Of a DNA stretch of 64,000 nucleotides, positions 63,672-64,000 are shown in pieces. The position numbers were made by a program, and so were the translations under genes. Within the stretch, counting starts at the first letter, position 1. Each line of letters starts with the position of its first letter. This stretch comes from Polyangiaceae bacterium (GTDB lineage Bacteria > Myxococcota_A > Polyangia > Polyangiales > Polyangiaceae): positions 18,389-82,388 of the forward strand of contig JAWKRD010000035.1 in NCBI GenBank assembly GCA_041389805.1, in the 5' to 3' direction. The notes under the pieces were generated by a model. It was not told the origin of the DNA and did not search any database. It saw only the letters and a list, made by a program, of their open reading frames with translations.

Positions 63672-64000
63672 AACGAGCGACCTATCTCACGCCAACGCGT
63701 GGCCGTCGGCACCGAATCGCCCCAGCTCTGGGTGCTGGCGGTATCGATCGTGACTCGCGCTAACGTGATGCTACCTCCGGGTGGCACCGCTGCATGCACT
63801 CTTCCGGTCAGGTGCACGTTGGAGCTAGGGGAACCCGGATCCATGTGGCGCAGCGTCATGTTGAGCGTTGCGTGTGTATTGATAATGGTCAGCCGCTTGC
63901 CGTCGTAGCCGCCGCCGATCCAGTACCAGTAGCCGCCCGTGCTGAGCAGCGTATCCGTCAGGTTCGCGTTTAGCGGATTGGTGCTGTAGTCCGGCGGGCA
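63668..64000 (-). CDS. 3' end of a gene continuing beyond the window (hypothetical, Gly/Tyr/Trp-rich)
   Basis: The frame is open from position 64000 down to the stop at 63668 (CPPDYSTNPLNANLTDTLLSTGGYWYWIGGGYDGKRLTIINTH...). The track lists only the part from an internal Met. Confidence 0.45.
   Translation of the reverse strand, partial: CPPDYSTNPLNANLTDTLLSTGGYWYWIGGGYDGKRLTIINTHATLNMTLRHMDPGSPSSNVHLTGRVHAAVPPGGSITLARVTIDTASTQSWGDSVPTATRWREIGRSF

Noticed and set aside
1-64000. tRNA, rRNA, tmRNA, RNase P RNA and recognisable riboswitches.
   Set aside because: I found no T-loop-type GGTTCGAATCC-like strings or other conserved cores while reading. This is a visual scan only, so a covariance-model search could still find something.

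Overview
High-GC (roughly 68-70 % by eye) chromosomal segment. The gene content looks myxobacterial or deltaproteobacterial: many Gly-linker lipoproteins, a Ser/Thr kinase, a sigma-54 enhancer-binding protein and an ECF sigma/anti-sigma pair. That taxonomic placement is inference only. I call about 65 protein-coding genes and found no rRNA, tRNA or CRISPR array. Recognisable content:
- A kdpFABC potassium-pump locus with a split KdpD sensor and a neighbouring NtrC-type regulator.
- A MarR / protoglobin / REC-EAL gene string.
- Three tandem paralogous lipoprotein genes, the third cut off next to an IS1380-family transposase.
- egtD.
- argD-argF, followed by a P1B-ATPase homologue in which every catalytic motif is degenerate.
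- A housekeeping run (rlmI, HAD, M20 amidohydrolase, isochorismatase, lnt, HU, ybeY, fsa/tal).
- An 1871-aa single-chain biotin carboxylase.
- An ECF sigma operon.

Two sequence-level signals are not explained by gene calls. First, at least four clear, and up to six, apparent 1-nt deletions in G/C homopolymers break otherwise recognisable genes (kdpB twice, a PARG-like macrodomain gene and a DUF2231 gene; less certainly a transposase and a lipoprotein gene). Second, a G-rich motif (GGWTTTGGGGGWGAGG) recurs about 12 times, mostly in intergenic DNA, and includes one exact 19-nt repeat. The ORF track uses alternative start codons and misses ORFs under 60 aa, so several starts were re-derived by hand. 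No database search was possible, so all family assignments rest on motif recognition.
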